Assembly: GCA_022562455.1 (NCBI GenBank)
Contig: JADFPG010000020.1
Span: 1-24,000, forward strand
DNA length: 24,000 bases
From: Fidelibacterota bacterium
GTDB lineage: Bacteria > Fidelibacterota > Marinisomatia > Marinisomatales > SCKK01
Direction of reading: 5' to 3'
Made by a program: the position numbers and the translations under genes
Notes under the pieces: model-generated
The model's database searches: none
What the model saw: the letters and a program-made list of their open reading frames with translations, nothing else
Told to the model about the DNA's origin: nothing
Shown here: piece after piece, positions 10,201 through 19,413 of the stretch
Layout of the letters: each line of letters opens with the position of its first letter
Numbering within the stretch: position 1 is the stretch's first letter

Positions 10201-10709
10201 GGGAAAATTTCGGCATATTCCAGCGCTGACTTTTTCGCTTCATTGTAATTTCGGTTTACAGCCTGTTCCTGAACTTCTCCCTTCAGACATGCAGAGAGGC
10301 AGATGAGCCCTTCGTTGTACTCGCGAAGCAGGTCTTTATCTACCCGGGGTCTGTAATAAAATCCCTCGAGGTAGCCGGCTGTCACTAATTTCATGAGATT
10401 TTTATATCCGGTGTAATTTTGAGCGAGCAGGACCAGATGGTTGTTACCCCAGCCCCCCTCTGCCCGGGGTGTTTTGTCAAAACGATTGCCTTTTGCTACG
10501 TAGATTTCGCAACCTATGATAGGTTTGATACCCATGTCTTGTGCGGATTTGTAAAAAGAAATTGCTGAGAACATATTTCCATGTTCGGTAACAGCTACCG
10601 TATCCATGGAAAGATCGGACATGGTATCCAGAACAGTAGAGATTGTCTGAGCGCCGTCTAAGAGACTGTAATCAGTATGATTATGTAGATGAACAAATTC
10701 CGAAGACAT
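7269..10709 (-). CDS. dnaE: DNA polymerase III alpha subunit
   Basis: 1146 aa with an N-terminal PHP domain (FVHLHNHTDYSLLDGA), polymerase core motifs (PDIDIDF, GLLKMDFLGLRNLT, FNKSHSTAYA) and a C-terminal OB region. The length is normal and no intein-sized insertion is visible. Confidence 0.97.
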   Translation of the reverse strand: MSSEFVHLHNHTDYSLLDGAQTISTVLDTMSDLSMDTVAVTEHGNMFSAISFYKSAQDMGIKPIIGCEIYVAKGNRFDKTPRAEGGWGNNHLVLLAQNYTGYKNLMKLVTAGYLEGFYYRPRVDKDLLREYNEGLICLSACLKGEVQEQAVNRNYNEAKKSALEYAEIFPERFYLELQHHGIAEEDYAREIISKLAKELHLPLVATNDCHYAKPDHWQAHDILFCLGTGKDLNDPKRQRYATAEFFFKSQDEMWKLFKDYPNALENTRKIAESCTLEIPMGEILLPTFPIPDGAHTDNADEYLDALCRKGLKSRFRQIEPELASRLDYELNVIKKMNYAGYFLIVMDFVQYAKNKNIPVGPGRGSVAGSLVAYSLGITTIDPMKHNLLFERFLNPERISMPDIDIDFCYERRGEVIDYIKDRYGENSVTQIITFGKLKAKQVVRDVGRVLGLSYGEVDRIAKMIPTGLGVTLESAMQVSDELQKISQKDEVHKKLLEYSKILEGMNRHASTHAAGIVIAPGELTDFIPLYKSPQGDITSQFDMKGLEDLGLLKMDFLGLRNLTVIDQTIKLLKEKGVNINLDKIPLNDAKTFKIFAKGQTVGVFQFESAGMREYLKKLKPNTLEDLIAMNALYRPGPMENIDDFIKCKHGRKKIKYIHAALEPILKETYGIIVYQEQVMQIANTIAGFSLAQADIMRRAMGKKQKSLMKGQEKSFIQGAIDNGIDKNKAQKIYKLIEKFAKYGFNKSHSTAYAYIAYHTAYLKTHYPAEFMAANLTSEMNNTARIVTLINECRKLKITVHPPDVTQSDIHFKPLDKKNITFGLNAIKNVGSKALCNIIAARNKYGVPKTLFEFCQHLDLRLVNRKVIESLIAVGAMDSLEGNRAQKYSAVDSAFKYAIQSQSEEATNQFSMFDISGSSGESIKSTPPLPKVEDWSRNEKLKWEKKLIGFFLTSHPLLDYAYELEKFTNYDFSESANNLELKTVRVGGIIQDFKLHFDKKNQQMAFLGLDCLGGKIDVLIFHETFKQHKNLLNEDALIFVKGRPTTRLDESTPKIIAENIYSLDEVKSQYVKKVNILVEVDKMTIADVDSLYALTRKFSGNSPLFFHIYDEKGNGTKIISDRIRVTSDKEFLKKLKGIYGDQNVWLD

Positions 10710-10713
10710 TAGA

Positions 10714-11547
10714 TCAGCCTAAATAGACCGCCAGCAGTCCGGCGAATATACACCCTTTCAAAATCTGGGAAATGAGTTTACAGGTATAAATTGTGGGAGA
10801 TTTCATGAGCATAAATAAAACATAAAGAAGTGGAATTTCAATCCCCAATATCAAAACTATGAGATATTTTTTGCCGTAAACCCCCAACATGTAAGGAACA
10901 AGGGCTCCCAGGCTTAGCAAAACAGTAGAAACGATGGCTAACCGGACACTAGCTTTCATTCCAAACCGGACTGGGAATGTGTTGAGGTTGGCAGCCTTAT
11001 CGCCTTCTATATCTGCCATATCTTTTACGATTTCCCGGATGAGGGTAAAACCGAAAGCGAGAAGCGCAGGAACCGGCAACCCCCATGTGGTACCGAACGC
11101 AGCCCCGGCAAAAATAAATGTGAGTCCGAGGATAAAAGCTACCACAACATTGCCCACTAATGGCAACCCCTTAAACCGGAAGCTGTACATCACCATCAGT
11201 GGGACAGCCACAAATGTGGCGATGAAAAAAGCTTGCAGGTTGATGAATGCAGACATCACGATACCAAGTCCAAACAGAATGATGGCGCTCCCTAACGCCA
11301 CTTTTTGTGAAATATCTCCACGAGGTAGTGGGCGGTTCGGATGATTGATTTTATCAGTTTCGTAGTCCATATAATCGTTAAAGGCATTAGCGGCGGCGTT
11401 GAACATGACTACCACTAAAATTGCTTGGATCAGAAGAAATGTTTGATCGATGGTTCCGAGAATAGCAGCAGAGATGATAACAGCGATAGCTCCTAAGAGG
11501 AGATTGATGGGGCGAAACAGATAAAGAAGGACAGTGAAGGAACTCAT
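10714..11547 (-). CDS. UbiA-superfamily prenyltransferase, DGGGPS-like (geranylgeranylglycerol-phosphate geranylgeranyltransferase-like)
   Basis: 277 aa with about 8 TM segments. First Asp-rich motif NAFNDYMDYETDKINHPNRPLPRG and second motif KDMADIEGDKAANLNTFPVRFG. The size and the INxPxRPxPxG plus DIEGD combination fit the DGGGPS/chlorophyll-synthase branch better than UbiA/MenA. The start overlaps the prmC stop by 4 nt. Confidence 0.75.
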   Translation of the reverse strand: MSSFTVLLYLFRPINLLLGAIAVIISAAILGTIDQTFLLIQAILVVVMFNAAANAFNDYMDYETDKINHPNRPLPRGDISQKVALGSAIILFGLGIVMSAFINLQAFFIATFVAVPLMVMYSFRFKGLPLVGNVVVAFILGLTFIFAGAAFGTTWGLPVPALLAFGFTLIREIVKDMADIEGDKAANLNTFPVRFGMKASVRLAIVSTVLLSLGALVPYMLGVYGKKYLIVLILGIEIPLLYVLFMLMKSPTIYTCKLISQILKGCIFAGLLAVYLG

Positions 11548-12443
11548 AAGGTAATTTTTATTGTAATCACTCTATCATCCCCATTATAATCTTTAAAAAA
11601 TTCAATTGCTTCGAAACCAGCCTCCTCGAAAATTTCCCTTACCTGTTGGGGATGAGGGTTTAATCCAACCTCCAACGCGAGGAATCCCCCTTCCCGCACA
11701 CACTTTCGTGCAATTGCAGCAAATCGACGGTAGAAGTCTAATCCGTCAGCGCCGTCTGTCAAAGCGCCGATGGGTTCATAATCTCGAATCTCCGGCATGA
11801 GTGTTGAAACCTCATCTTGTCGCACATACGGGGGGTTGCTTACCAATATGTCGAATGGTCCTTCCAAATCTTCTGTTAGGATGTCCAACTTAGCAAATTG
11901 AATATTTTTTACCACGGCATTTTGTTCGGCATTTCTTTGTGCAACCTGTAATGCCCGTTCGCTGTTATCTGTGGCAAGGATTTTGACATGTTTCAGATTC
12001 GCGGCTAAGGCAATGGCGATACATCCACTTCCCGTCCCAACGTCCACTATTTCCTTGGCGTCAATATCCTCAGCCAACTTCAGAGCAATTTCCACCAGCC
12101 GCTCTGTCTCAGGTCTTGGGATAAGTACATGGGGATTGACTTTTATAGGTATGCCATAAAATTCTGTTTTACCTGTGATGTATTGGAGGGGTTCGTGATT
12201 CAATCGCCTTTTAATCCACGATTTTAGAGTGACGAGGTCTTTGCTATTGATGAGTTGGTCGAATTGTAAATAAAGGTCTATTCTGGGTAGGGACAAAAGG
12301 TCTACCAAGAGCCACTCAATTTCTCTTTTAGGAGACTCGAATCCTTTCGAGGCGAAATATTCTTCCCCCCATTTGAGGATTTCGATAATTCGCCAGTGTT
12401 GTTTTTTTTGTTTTATAGAGGGTTTTGTAGAACAAGATGCCAT
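11544..12443 (-). CDS. prmC: Release-factor glutamine N5-methyltransferase
   Basis: SAM motif VDVGTGSGCIAIALA and catalytic NPPY (ILVSNPPYV). It lies immediately downstream of prfA. Confidence 0.9.
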   Translation of the reverse strand: MASCSTKPSIKQKKQHWRIIEILKWGEEYFASKGFESPKREIEWLLVDLLSLPRIDLYLQFDQLINSKDLVTLKSWIKRRLNHEPLQYITGKTEFYGIPIKVNPHVLIPRPETERLVEIALKLAEDIDAKEIVDVGTGSGCIAIALAANLKHVKILATDNSERALQVAQRNAEQNAVVKNIQFAKLDILTEDLEGPFDILVSNPPYVRQDEVSTLMPEIRDYEPIGALTDGADGLDFYRRFAAIARKCVREGGFLALEVGLNPHPQQVREIFEEAGFEAIEFFKDYNGDDRVITIKITL

Positions 12444-12449
12444 CTCGTC

Positions 12450-13514
12450 CTACATTTCTTCATTTAAACGATTCAATTGATCCGCTATACGGAGTTGCTC
12501 AATCAATTCCTCGATATCACCATCCATGATACTTTGAAGTTTATAAAGGGTTAGTTCTATTCGATGATCAGTGACTCGACCTTGGGGAAAATTATACGTG
12601 CGGATTTTGGCGCTTCTGTCTCCGGTGGATACCATGGATTTACGTGCCTTGTCAATTTCAGAACGCTGTTTTTCTTCTTCCAGAGCCAAAAGGCGTGAAC
12701 GTAGGACTTTCATTGCGGCAGCTTTATTTTTATGCTGGGATTTTTCGTCTTGGCATATGACTACAACTCCTGTTGGAATGTGAGTAATTCTTACGGCGGA
12801 TTCGGTTTTATTTACATGTTGACCACCAGCGCCTTGCGCTCGATATGTATCAATTCTCAAATCGGAGGGCTCGATTTCAATATCAATTTCGTCGGCTTCG
12901 GGTAGAATAGCCACAGTTGCAGCAGAGGTGTGAATTCTGCCACTCGTTTCTGTAACGGGAACTCTTTGAACCCGGTGTACTCCCCCTTCAAATTTCATTG
13001 CCCCGTAGGCGCCTTTTCCGTTTAAAGAAAAAATGATTTCTTTCAGTCCCCCACTTCCTGTTTCATTGCTTGACAGAACTTCAATAGACCATTTTTTACG
13101 TTCTGCATACTTGGTATACATTCTATAAAGATCTGCAGCAAAGATAGCTGCTTCTTCACCTCCTGTGCCCCCTCTGATCTCCACAATCGTACTTTTATCA
13201 TCCCGAGGATCTTTTGGTATGAGCAGGATTTTAAGTTCTTCTTCCAACTGTTCCTGTCTACTGAGCAGCTCTTCCAGTTCATCCTTGGCAATGGATTTTA
13301 GCTCTTCGTCGTCCCCTTCTAAAATACTTTTATCATCATCGATATGATTCAATAATTCCAGGTATTCCCGTCCTTTATGTACCATGGGTTCCATGTTATG
13401 ATGTTGTTTTGCCAATTCACCGTAGGTTTTATGATCACCGATTAATGATAGCTCTCCAAGTTGTTTGGTTAAAGCATCATACTTTTCGATTATATTTTCG
13501 ATTTTATTTCGCAT
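12450..13514 (-). CDS. prfA: Peptide chain release factor 1
   Basis: GGQ motif ([25 protein letters not shown]). RF1-type PxT tripeptide ([14 protein letters not shown]). Confidence 0.97.
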   Translation of the reverse strand: MRNKIENIIEKYDALTKQLGELSLIGDHKTYGELAKQHHNMEPMVHKGREYLELLNHIDDDKSILEGDDEELKSIAKDELEELLSRQEQLEEELKILLIPKDPRDDKSTIVEIRGGTGGEEAAIFAADLYRMYTKYAERKKWSIEVLSSNETGSGGLKEIIFSLNGKGAYGAMKFEGGVHRVQRVPVTETSGRIHTSAATVAILPEADEIDIEIEPSDLRIDTYRAQGAGGQHVNKTESAVRITHIPTGVVVICQDEKSQHKNKAAAMKVLRSRLLALEEEKQRSEIDKARKSMVSTGDRSAKIRTYNFPQGRVTDHRIELTLYKLQSIMDGDIEELIEQLRIADQLNRLNEEM

Positions 13515-13536
13515 ATCTAACGATTTTGGACAAAAT

Positions 13537-13583
13537 AATAACGGCTTCCCCCAGTTAAATATTGGAAGGTGGAAACCGTTATT
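13537..13583 (-). terminator. Two-tier hairpin in the rpmE-prfA spacer (possible attenuator or weak intrinsic terminator)
   Basis: Minus strand: AATAACGG-tttccac-CTTCC-N14-GGAAG-CCGTTATT followed by ATTTTGT. The outer stem is 8 bp and the inner stem 5 bp. It ends 22 nt before the prfA ATG. Confidence 0.3.
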
Positions 13584-13592
13584 TAGTTATAG

Positions 13593-13826
13593 TTATCCGC
13601 CAGATTCTACAGTCTGTTTTTCTTCGGTTTGCAGGTTATACTTCCTTCTGAATTTTTCAATCCGACCGGCTGTATCGATTAATTTCTGTTTCCCAGTGAA
13701 AAACGGGTGACACGCTGAACAGATTTCTACACGCATATCTCCCACAATGCTTCGCACCTGAAAAGTATTTCCACAAGCACAGATTACGGTACCGAGCTTA
13801 TATTCCGGATGTATATCTTTTTTCAT
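13593..13826 (-). CDS. rpmE: 50S ribosomal protein L31 (Zn-ribbon type)
   Basis: MKKDIHPEY...C.CG......S......V.ICS.CHPF.TGKQK..DT.GR..KF..KY. Confidence 0.95.
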   Translation of the reverse strand: MKKDIHPEYKLGTVICACGNTFQVRSIVGDMRVEICSACHPFFTGKQKLIDTAGRIEKFRRKYNLQTEEKQTVESGG

Positions 13827-13839
13827 TTTGTATCCTTTT

Positions 13840-15024
13840 TCATGATAATTTATTTAAAACTGTTTCAATTCTATCCAACCCTTCTAAAAATGTTTCCTCA
13901 TTGGTGGCATAGGATAACCTGATATGGCCATCCCGACCAAACCCGCTGCCAGCTACAGTTACCGTTCTGGCACAATCTAAAATATAATCACTGAGGTCGA
14001 AAGAAGAGGATATTTTTTTCCCATTCCCACTAAGACCAATGTAAGAGCTCACATCGGGGAAGGCATAAAACGCTCCGCCAGGATAAGTGCAAGTTACGTC
14101 AGGAATATTATTCAGTCTTTCAAGCATTTTATTTCTGCGATGGGAAAAGATTTCCAACATCTTTTTTACAGTACTCTGATCTCCCGTCAATGCCTCAATT
14201 GCAGCCTTTTGACCAATAGAGTTGGGGCAGGAAGTAGCCTGGCCCTGAATTTTTCCCATGGCTTTGATAATTTCCACATCGCCGGCACAATACCCGATAC
14301 GCCATCCGGTCATCGCATAGGTTTTTGACAAACTTTGTATCGTTAAAACTTGCACATCGTCATCATTCAAGAATTCTGTGCTTGTGAATGATTGGTCATA
14401 TACCAACTGTTCATAACATTCATCTGAAATCACCACCCAATTATTTTCAGCGGCGTAGTTCAGAATTCTTTTTATTGTTTCATCATCCCAGACAGCGCCG
14501 GTTGGATTGGAGGGGGAATTGAGAATGACTCCTTTGATTTTAGATGTGATTTTTAATTCAAGTTCGTCAAAATCCGGCGTAAAATTTCTTTCCTGTATTG
14601 TCTGGATTATAACAGGTTCCGCATCTGCCAGTCGGATAAATTCAGGGAAAGAAACCCAATAGGGTGAAAAAATAATGACCTCATCACCCGGATTAAAGAG
14701 CGCTTGGCAAGCGGTACTGAGTGAGTGCTTTGCTCCATTTGAAGCGATAACTTGTTCAGGAGAGAATTTTAGGCCATTATCCCTTTCCAGTTTATCACAT
14801 ATTGCCTGTCTCAATTCTAACATACCGGGTGCGGGAGTGTATTTTGTGAATCCATCATCCATCGCTTTTTTTGCAGCTTCACGGATATGTTTGGGAGTGT
14901 TGAAGTCTGGTTGCCCAACACCAAGATCGATGACGTCTATGCCCTGATTGCGGAGATCTGCTGCACGGGCGGTCATTTCAAGCGTAAAGGAAGGTTGAAT
15001 CCGACTAACTCGATTAGAAATCAT
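13840..15024 (-). CDS. Class I PLP-dependent aminotransferase (aspartate aminotransferase-like)
   Basis: 394 aa with [18 protein letters not shown], the PLP-lysine motif [15 protein letters not shown], and the C-terminal G..FG..G..RLSYA. Confidence 0.9.
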   Translation of the reverse strand: MISNRVSRIQPSFTLEMTARAADLRNQGIDVIDLGVGQPDFNTPKHIREAAKKAMDDGFTKYTPAPGMLELRQAICDKLERDNGLKFSPEQVIASNGAKHSLSTACQALFNPGDEVIIFSPYWVSFPEFIRLADAEPVIIQTIQERNFTPDFDELELKITSKIKGVILNSPSNPTGAVWDDETIKRILNYAAENNWVVISDECYEQLVYDQSFTSTEFLNDDDVQVLTIQSLSKTYAMTGWRIGYCAGDVEIIKAMGKIQGQATSCPNSIGQKAAIEALTGDQSTVKKMLEIFSHRRNKMLERLNNIPDVTCTYPGGAFYAFPDVSSYIGLSGNGKKISSSFDLSDYILDCARTVTVAGSGFGRDGHIRLSYATNEETFLEGLDRIETVLNKLS

Positions 15025-15047
15025 AAAAGTCTTAGGGTGATTTGTAA

Positions 15048-15923
15048 CTACAACTTACGGCTGTGATATTTCAATGTATTATAGTTGGGTTCATCAGGCT
15101 CATTAACCTGATTTTTTTCACGTCGACTCTTTGGAATATCATCTTCGGAAAGACCTTCTTCCTCCCAATTTTCCGGCAATTTTTCCACAATTGAATCATT
15201 GTCAGCGTCTTCTTTCACTTCCGATTCATCAAAGGTAAAGTCAGAAGGATTGAATTGGCTGAAAACAACTCCATATCCTTTGGTAATTCCGTTACCTATA
15301 CCCAAAAAATTTGGTAGAATAAAATTAGTGTGAAAATCGCCATAAAATGCCCCCATTTTGCCATCATCGACCATTCTTGGGTAAAGAGAATCAAGTTTCA
15401 ATTTGGAGAAAACCTTTGAATGCAATTCCAACTCCATTTCTTTAGCAAGGAAGACGATATTCTGGCTTAAAAGGCGTGTTAGGAATTTCAGCCGCTCTTC
15501 TCCATATAAATATTTATATTTCATGAGATTGGGTTCATTGAGAGCAACCCAGGGTGTCAGAAAACGGTACCTGATTAGATGAGACGCAAGCGCAAATCGG
15601 TTGGTTGCCAGATCGATATTATGATCAAGAACCTCAAAAGTTATATTGCCAAAATTCATGATCTTTAGCTTTTTTACTAACGATTTAATCGGGTTTACCC
15701 CTTCTTTAATTCCGATAAAATTAATTTGTTCATTTAGTATTTTTACCTGGATACGTGGATAAAGAAAATTATCCCGGTATGCACCATTGATAAAAGGAAC
15801 GATCGGGTGATCAGGGAAATCACGTATGATTACTCCTTTGACTTGATAGGGTGTTTTCCTTACTGGCTTGTCTGTGTCAAGTCTTGCAGCTATGGTGGGA
15901 ATTGAATTTTGATTTTTTGTCAT
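15048..15923 (-). CDS. Cas6/RAMP-like protein (orphan, no CRISPR context) with an acidic C-terminal extension of about 70 aa
   Basis: 291-aa ORF. Residues around 205-220 read FLGIGNGITKGYGVVFS, an exact fit to the Cas6 glycine-rich loop GhGxxxxxGhG (with a Lys inside). It is followed by one terminal beta-strand, where Cas6 proteins normally end. Upstream, YRFLTPWVALN and alternating beta-like segments are compatible with a double ferredoxin fold. The tail is acidic (ESEVKEDADNDS..ENWEEEGLSEDD). The call rests on motifs only. Confidence 0.5.
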   Translation of the reverse strand: MTKNQNSIPTIAARLDTDKPVRKTPYQVKGVIIRDFPDHPIVPFINGAYRDNFLYPRIQVKILNEQINFIGIKEGVNPIKSLVKKLKIMNFGNITFEVLDHNIDLATNRFALASHLIRYRFLTPWVALNEPNLMKYKYLYGEERLKFLTRLLSQNIVFLAKEMELELHSKVFSKLKLDSLYPRMVDDGKMGAFYGDFHTNFILPNFLGIGNGITKGYGVVFSQFNPSDFTFDESEVKEDADNDSIVEKLPENWEEEGLSEDDIPKSRREKNQVNEPDEPNYNTLKYHSRKL

Positions 15924-15958
15924 ATAAAAATATAAACAATTACATTGTTAAAAATAGA

Positions 15959-17206
15959 TTAATGACTCATTGTATCTAAAAATTCCTGATTGGTTTGAGT
16001 TCGTTTCATTCGATCAAGTAAAAATTCCATTGCTTCAACTGGCGTCATTTCGTTAAGAATTTTTCTTAAAATCCACATTCTTGCAAGTTCTTTTTTTGTT
16101 AAAAGAAGTTCTTCTTTTCTTGTACCTGATCGAATGAGATCAAAGGACGGAAAAATTCTTCTATCACTAAGTCTTCTATCCAGGACCAGTTCCATATTAC
16201 CGGTACCTTTAAATTCCTCGAAGATCACATCATCCATGCGGCTACCTGTGTCTATTAAAGCAGTCGCAATAATAGTAAGACTTCCCCCTTCTTCTGTATT
16301 TCTGGCTGATCCGAAAAACTTTCTTGGCTTATGTAATGCATTGGCATCGATCCCCCCTGATAAAATCCTTCCACTGTGAGGTGCTATGGCATTATGTGCT
16401 CGAGCTAAACGGGTAATACTATCTAATAATATCACAACATCAGTACCAAATTCTATTATTCGTTTGGCTTTTTCAGAAACCATTTTTGCAACCTGAACAT
16501 GCCTTTCAGGAGGCTCATCAAATGTGGAACTGATAACTTCTGCTTCTACACTTCTTTCCATGTCTGTTACTTCTTCCGGACGTTCTGCTATTAGTAAAAC
16601 AATGAGTTTAATTTCAGGTTGATTTGTTGTAATGGCATTGGCAATTTTCTGAAGTAAAATTGTTTTCCCCGTTTTAGGTTGTGCAACGATTAGACCGCGC
16701 TGTCCTTTCCCTATAGGACACATCAAATCCATGATTCGCATGGAATATCCTTTTTGACCGTTCTCCAAGTGGATTTTCTCGTTGGGATATAAGGGTTTCA
16801 GGTTATCAAAAAGTATTGCATCTCTCACATCATCCGGTGGGACATTATTGACTGTCTCTACTTTTAAAAGAGCAAAAAATCGTTCATTTTCCTTTGGTGG
16901 ACGAATTTGACCTGAGACTTGATGCCCGGTTCTCAAACCAAACCGCTTGATTTGAGAAGGTGAAATATAAATATCATCGGGCCCAGGAAGATAATTGTAG
17001 CTTTGTGAGCGTAAAAAGCCGTACCCCTCCGGCATCACTTCCAAGACTCCCTGGGAAAGTAGAATTCCATCCTTTTTTGCTCTGGTCTCAAGTATCTTAA
17101 TTATAAGATCCTGTTTTTTAAGACCCGAGTACCCAGGGACTTCTATTTCCTTGGCGAGTATAGCAAGTTCCTTGATCTTCAACCCTTGAAGTTGGTTAAT
17201 ATCCAT
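15959..17206 (-). CDS. rho: Transcription termination factor Rho
   Basis: 415 aa with an N-terminal Rho_N domain plus a cold-shock-like RNA-binding domain ([14 protein letters not shown]), Walker A ([15 protein letters not shown]) and the C-terminal NMEL.LDR.L...RIFP..D...SGTRKEELL. Confidence 0.97.
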   Translation of the reverse strand: MDINQLQGLKIKELAILAKEIEVPGYSGLKKQDLIIKILETRAKKDGILLSQGVLEVMPEGYGFLRSQSYNYLPGPDDIYISPSQIKRFGLRTGHQVSGQIRPPKENERFFALLKVETVNNVPPDDVRDAILFDNLKPLYPNEKIHLENGQKGYSMRIMDLMCPIGKGQRGLIVAQPKTGKTILLQKIANAITTNQPEIKLIVLLIAERPEEVTDMERSVEAEVISSTFDEPPERHVQVAKMVSEKAKRIIEFGTDVVILLDSITRLARAHNAIAPHSGRILSGGIDANALHKPRKFFGSARNTEEGGSLTIIATALIDTGSRMDDVIFEEFKGTGNMELVLDRRLSDRRIFPSFDLIRSGTRKEELLLTKKELARMWILRKILNEMTPVEAMEFLLDRMKRTQTNQEFLDTMSH

Positions 17207-17224
17207 AAAAATTACCTTTGATAA

Positions 17225-17234
17225 AACTTCGGGA
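17225..17234 (-). repeat. Copy 3 of decamer TCCCGAAGTT, in the rho leader
   Basis: Exact match read directly from the sequence, 19 nt upstream of the rho ATG. Confidence 0.3.
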
Positions 17235-17301
17235 GATTTTCTATAGCTAGCAGAATAAAAAATAACACTGCTAATAGACTGATTGTCTAATTTAATTTAG
17301 G

Positions 17302-18573
17302 TCAAATCTCACCATTGTCAAAGGAAAAATTAAAGTAGGTAAAAATATCTTCAGCAAAATAATGCGTACCAAAAATCAGCCAAACGTAACGTCTATTTTC
17401 CTCTATATGAGTGCAAAATGAAAGTGCGTCTACAACAGTCTCTGAAAATTGGGCATTAATGTCTTGTTTTTTAAATTCTTTCCATAAAGCCCGGGGGGTG
17501 AAAAAATCACCTTGGTTGGGCATCGTTGTAATGATATTTTTACAATATTTTTTTACAAGTTCTACAATATTTTTTATAGACTTTGTTTTTTTTAAAGCAC
17601 AAATACATGCAATGTTAAATCCCGGATAAAGTTCCCGTGTAGACTCTAAGACTGCCTGTAGACCGTGTGGATTATGGGCTACGTCATAAAATACTATTGG
17701 ATTTTCGGATAATTTTTGCATTCTCCCAGGCCACGAAACCTTCGCTAACCCCTCTTTGATAGATTGGGTTTCTATCTGCCAATCGTAAACTTTACATGCT
17801 GTAATGGCTGTTTGGGCATTGTTGATTTGATGTTTACCAAGAAGGGGTAGATAATATTTTTGTCCATGGATATAAAAGGTGGATCCGTTATTTGTGCAAA
17901 TTGAGTTCTCTATAGGAGTGGATATTACTGATATATTGAGATCGGATTTATACTTCTTAACGGTTTCTTCCAAAATATCCATTACTTCCGGGTGTTGCAG
18001 ACTTGATACCACGGAAGTTTGAGGTTTAATAATGCCAAATTTTTCTTTAGCAATAGATTTAAGATTATGCCCAAGAAATTCCATATGATCATAATCGATT
18101 GGAGTGATGACCGATAAAACAGATTTTGAGACATTGGTAGAGTCGAGCCGTCCACCTAATCCTACTTCGATGACCGCAATATCAATATCACTGTGATAAA
18201 AGTAGGAAAAAGTGAGGGCAGTCGTGGCTTCAAAAAATGTTGAGCTGAGGCTATCGATGTCGCTTCGATAACGATTGAGAAATTTTGTGATTTGATCATC
18301 CGTGATTGGTTTACCGTCTACACGAATTCGCTCGTTAAACCTGATGAGATGAGGAGAAGTGTAGAGCCCCACTTTTCTTCCGGATTCACGGAGTATGGAG
18401 GCGATCATGGCAGCAGTGGATCCTTTTCCGTTGGTACCCGCAATATGAATGACAGGAATATTATAGTGAGGATTCCCACACTTAGCAAGAAGCGTTTCTG
18501 TGCGGTGGAGTCCAATCTTGATGCCGCGCCGTCTTAAGGTAAATAGATAGTTTTGTGTCTCTCTATCGAGCAT
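17302..18573 (-). CDS. folC: Bifunctional folylpolyglutamate synthase / dihydrofolate synthase
   Basis: Mur-ligase-family P-loop HIAGTNGKGST, plus SPHL..FNERI, EVGLGGRLD.TN and D.AHNP. Confidence 0.9.
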   Translation of the reverse strand: MLDRETQNYLFTLRRRGIKIGLHRTETLLAKCGNPHYNIPVIHIAGTNGKGSTAAMIASILRESGRKVGLYTSPHLIRFNERIRVDGKPITDDQITKFLNRYRSDIDSLSSTFFEATTALTFSYFYHSDIDIAVIEVGLGGRLDSTNVSKSVLSVITPIDYDHMEFLGHNLKSIAKEKFGIIKPQTSVVSSLQHPEVMDILEETVKKYKSDLNISVISTPIENSICTNNGSTFYIHGQKYYLPLLGKHQINNAQTAITACKVYDWQIETQSIKEGLAKVSWPGRMQKLSENPIVFYDVAHNPHGLQAVLESTRELYPGFNIACICALKKTKSIKNIVELVKKYCKNIITTMPNQGDFFTPRALWKEFKKQDINAQFSETVVDALSFCTHIEENRRYVWLIFGTHYFAEDIFTYFNFSFDNGEI

Positions 18574-18612
18574 TATTGTGGGATATGTCGGTAAGCCGGT
18601 TTATTTGAACTT

Positions 18613-19413
18613 TCAGTCCAGTTGAACAAGTGCCACATTAGCCAGTTTCTCTCCGAGAAACCGTTCGCCCAACTCCTCGAATTTTTGAGGTAGATCGGTG
18701 ACATAACATGTTAAATCAGAATGTCCTGGTTCTGAAAGTGCATCTTTCAGTGATAAAATCTCGGCAGTTTTTTCGGAAACCGCCTCGGCAGAATCCACAA
18801 GTTTTACCGAAGAATGTAATGTGCTTTGAATTATCGTTTTAATTATAGGATAATGTGTACAGCCAAGAATTACTGTATCAACACCATTGTCTGAAAGTGG
18901 TTTTAAATAGATTTCTGCTATCATTAGGGAGACTGGCTCATCAGTCCACCCTTCTTCCACCAGTGGAACGAATAGAGGACAAGCAGCGGTTGAGATCATA
19001 AGGTTTGACTTTATGTTTTTCAGGGCAGTGGAATAGGCATCAGATTGAATAGTTGCCGTAGTGCCGATGACCCCAATGTGATTATTTCGGGTCAGCTTTA
19101 CGGCAGCTTCTGCTCCCGGCTCAATAACCCCGATGATTGGGATGGAATTTTGTTTTTTCAAAGCGGTGAGCGCCAAAGCTGAGACAGTATTACATGCAAC
19201 AACCACCATTTTTACTCCACGATCAATAAGAAAATTTATGATCTGTCGTGAAAAGTGGGTGACGGTCTTAGCGCTTTTGGCACCATAAGGGACTCTTGCT
19301 GTGTCACCAAAATAGATGATAGACTCATTAGGGAGGCTCTGTTTTATGGAATGAACAACAGTAAGTCCACCCAGACCGGAATCGAAAACGCCGATAGGAG
19401 CATTGCGATTCAT
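18613..19413 (-). CDS. murI: Glutamate racemase
   Basis: IGVFDSGLGGLTV, the catalytic Cys motifs VVACNT and LGCTHYP. The start overlaps the amidase stop by 4 nt. Confidence 0.95.
   Translation of the reverse strand: MNRNAPIGVFDSGLGGLTVVHSIKQSLPNESIIYFGDTARVPYGAKSAKTVTHFSRQIINFLIDRGVKMVVVACNTVSALALTALKKQNSIPIIGVIEPGAEAAVKLTRNNHIGVIGTTATIQSDAYSTALKNIKSNLMISTAACPLFVPLVEEGWTDEPVSLMIAEIYLKPLSDNGVDTVILGCTHYPIIKTIIQSTLHSSVKLVDSAEAVSEKTAEILSLKDALSEPGHSDLTCYVTDLPQKFEELGERFLGEKLANVALVQLD

Noticed and set aside
9800-10243. 147-aa same-strand alternative-frame ORF inside dnaE.
   Set aside because: It lies entirely within the well-supported dnaE frame. The product is an Arg/Lys/Thr-rich, low-complexity sequence typical of an off-frame read-through.
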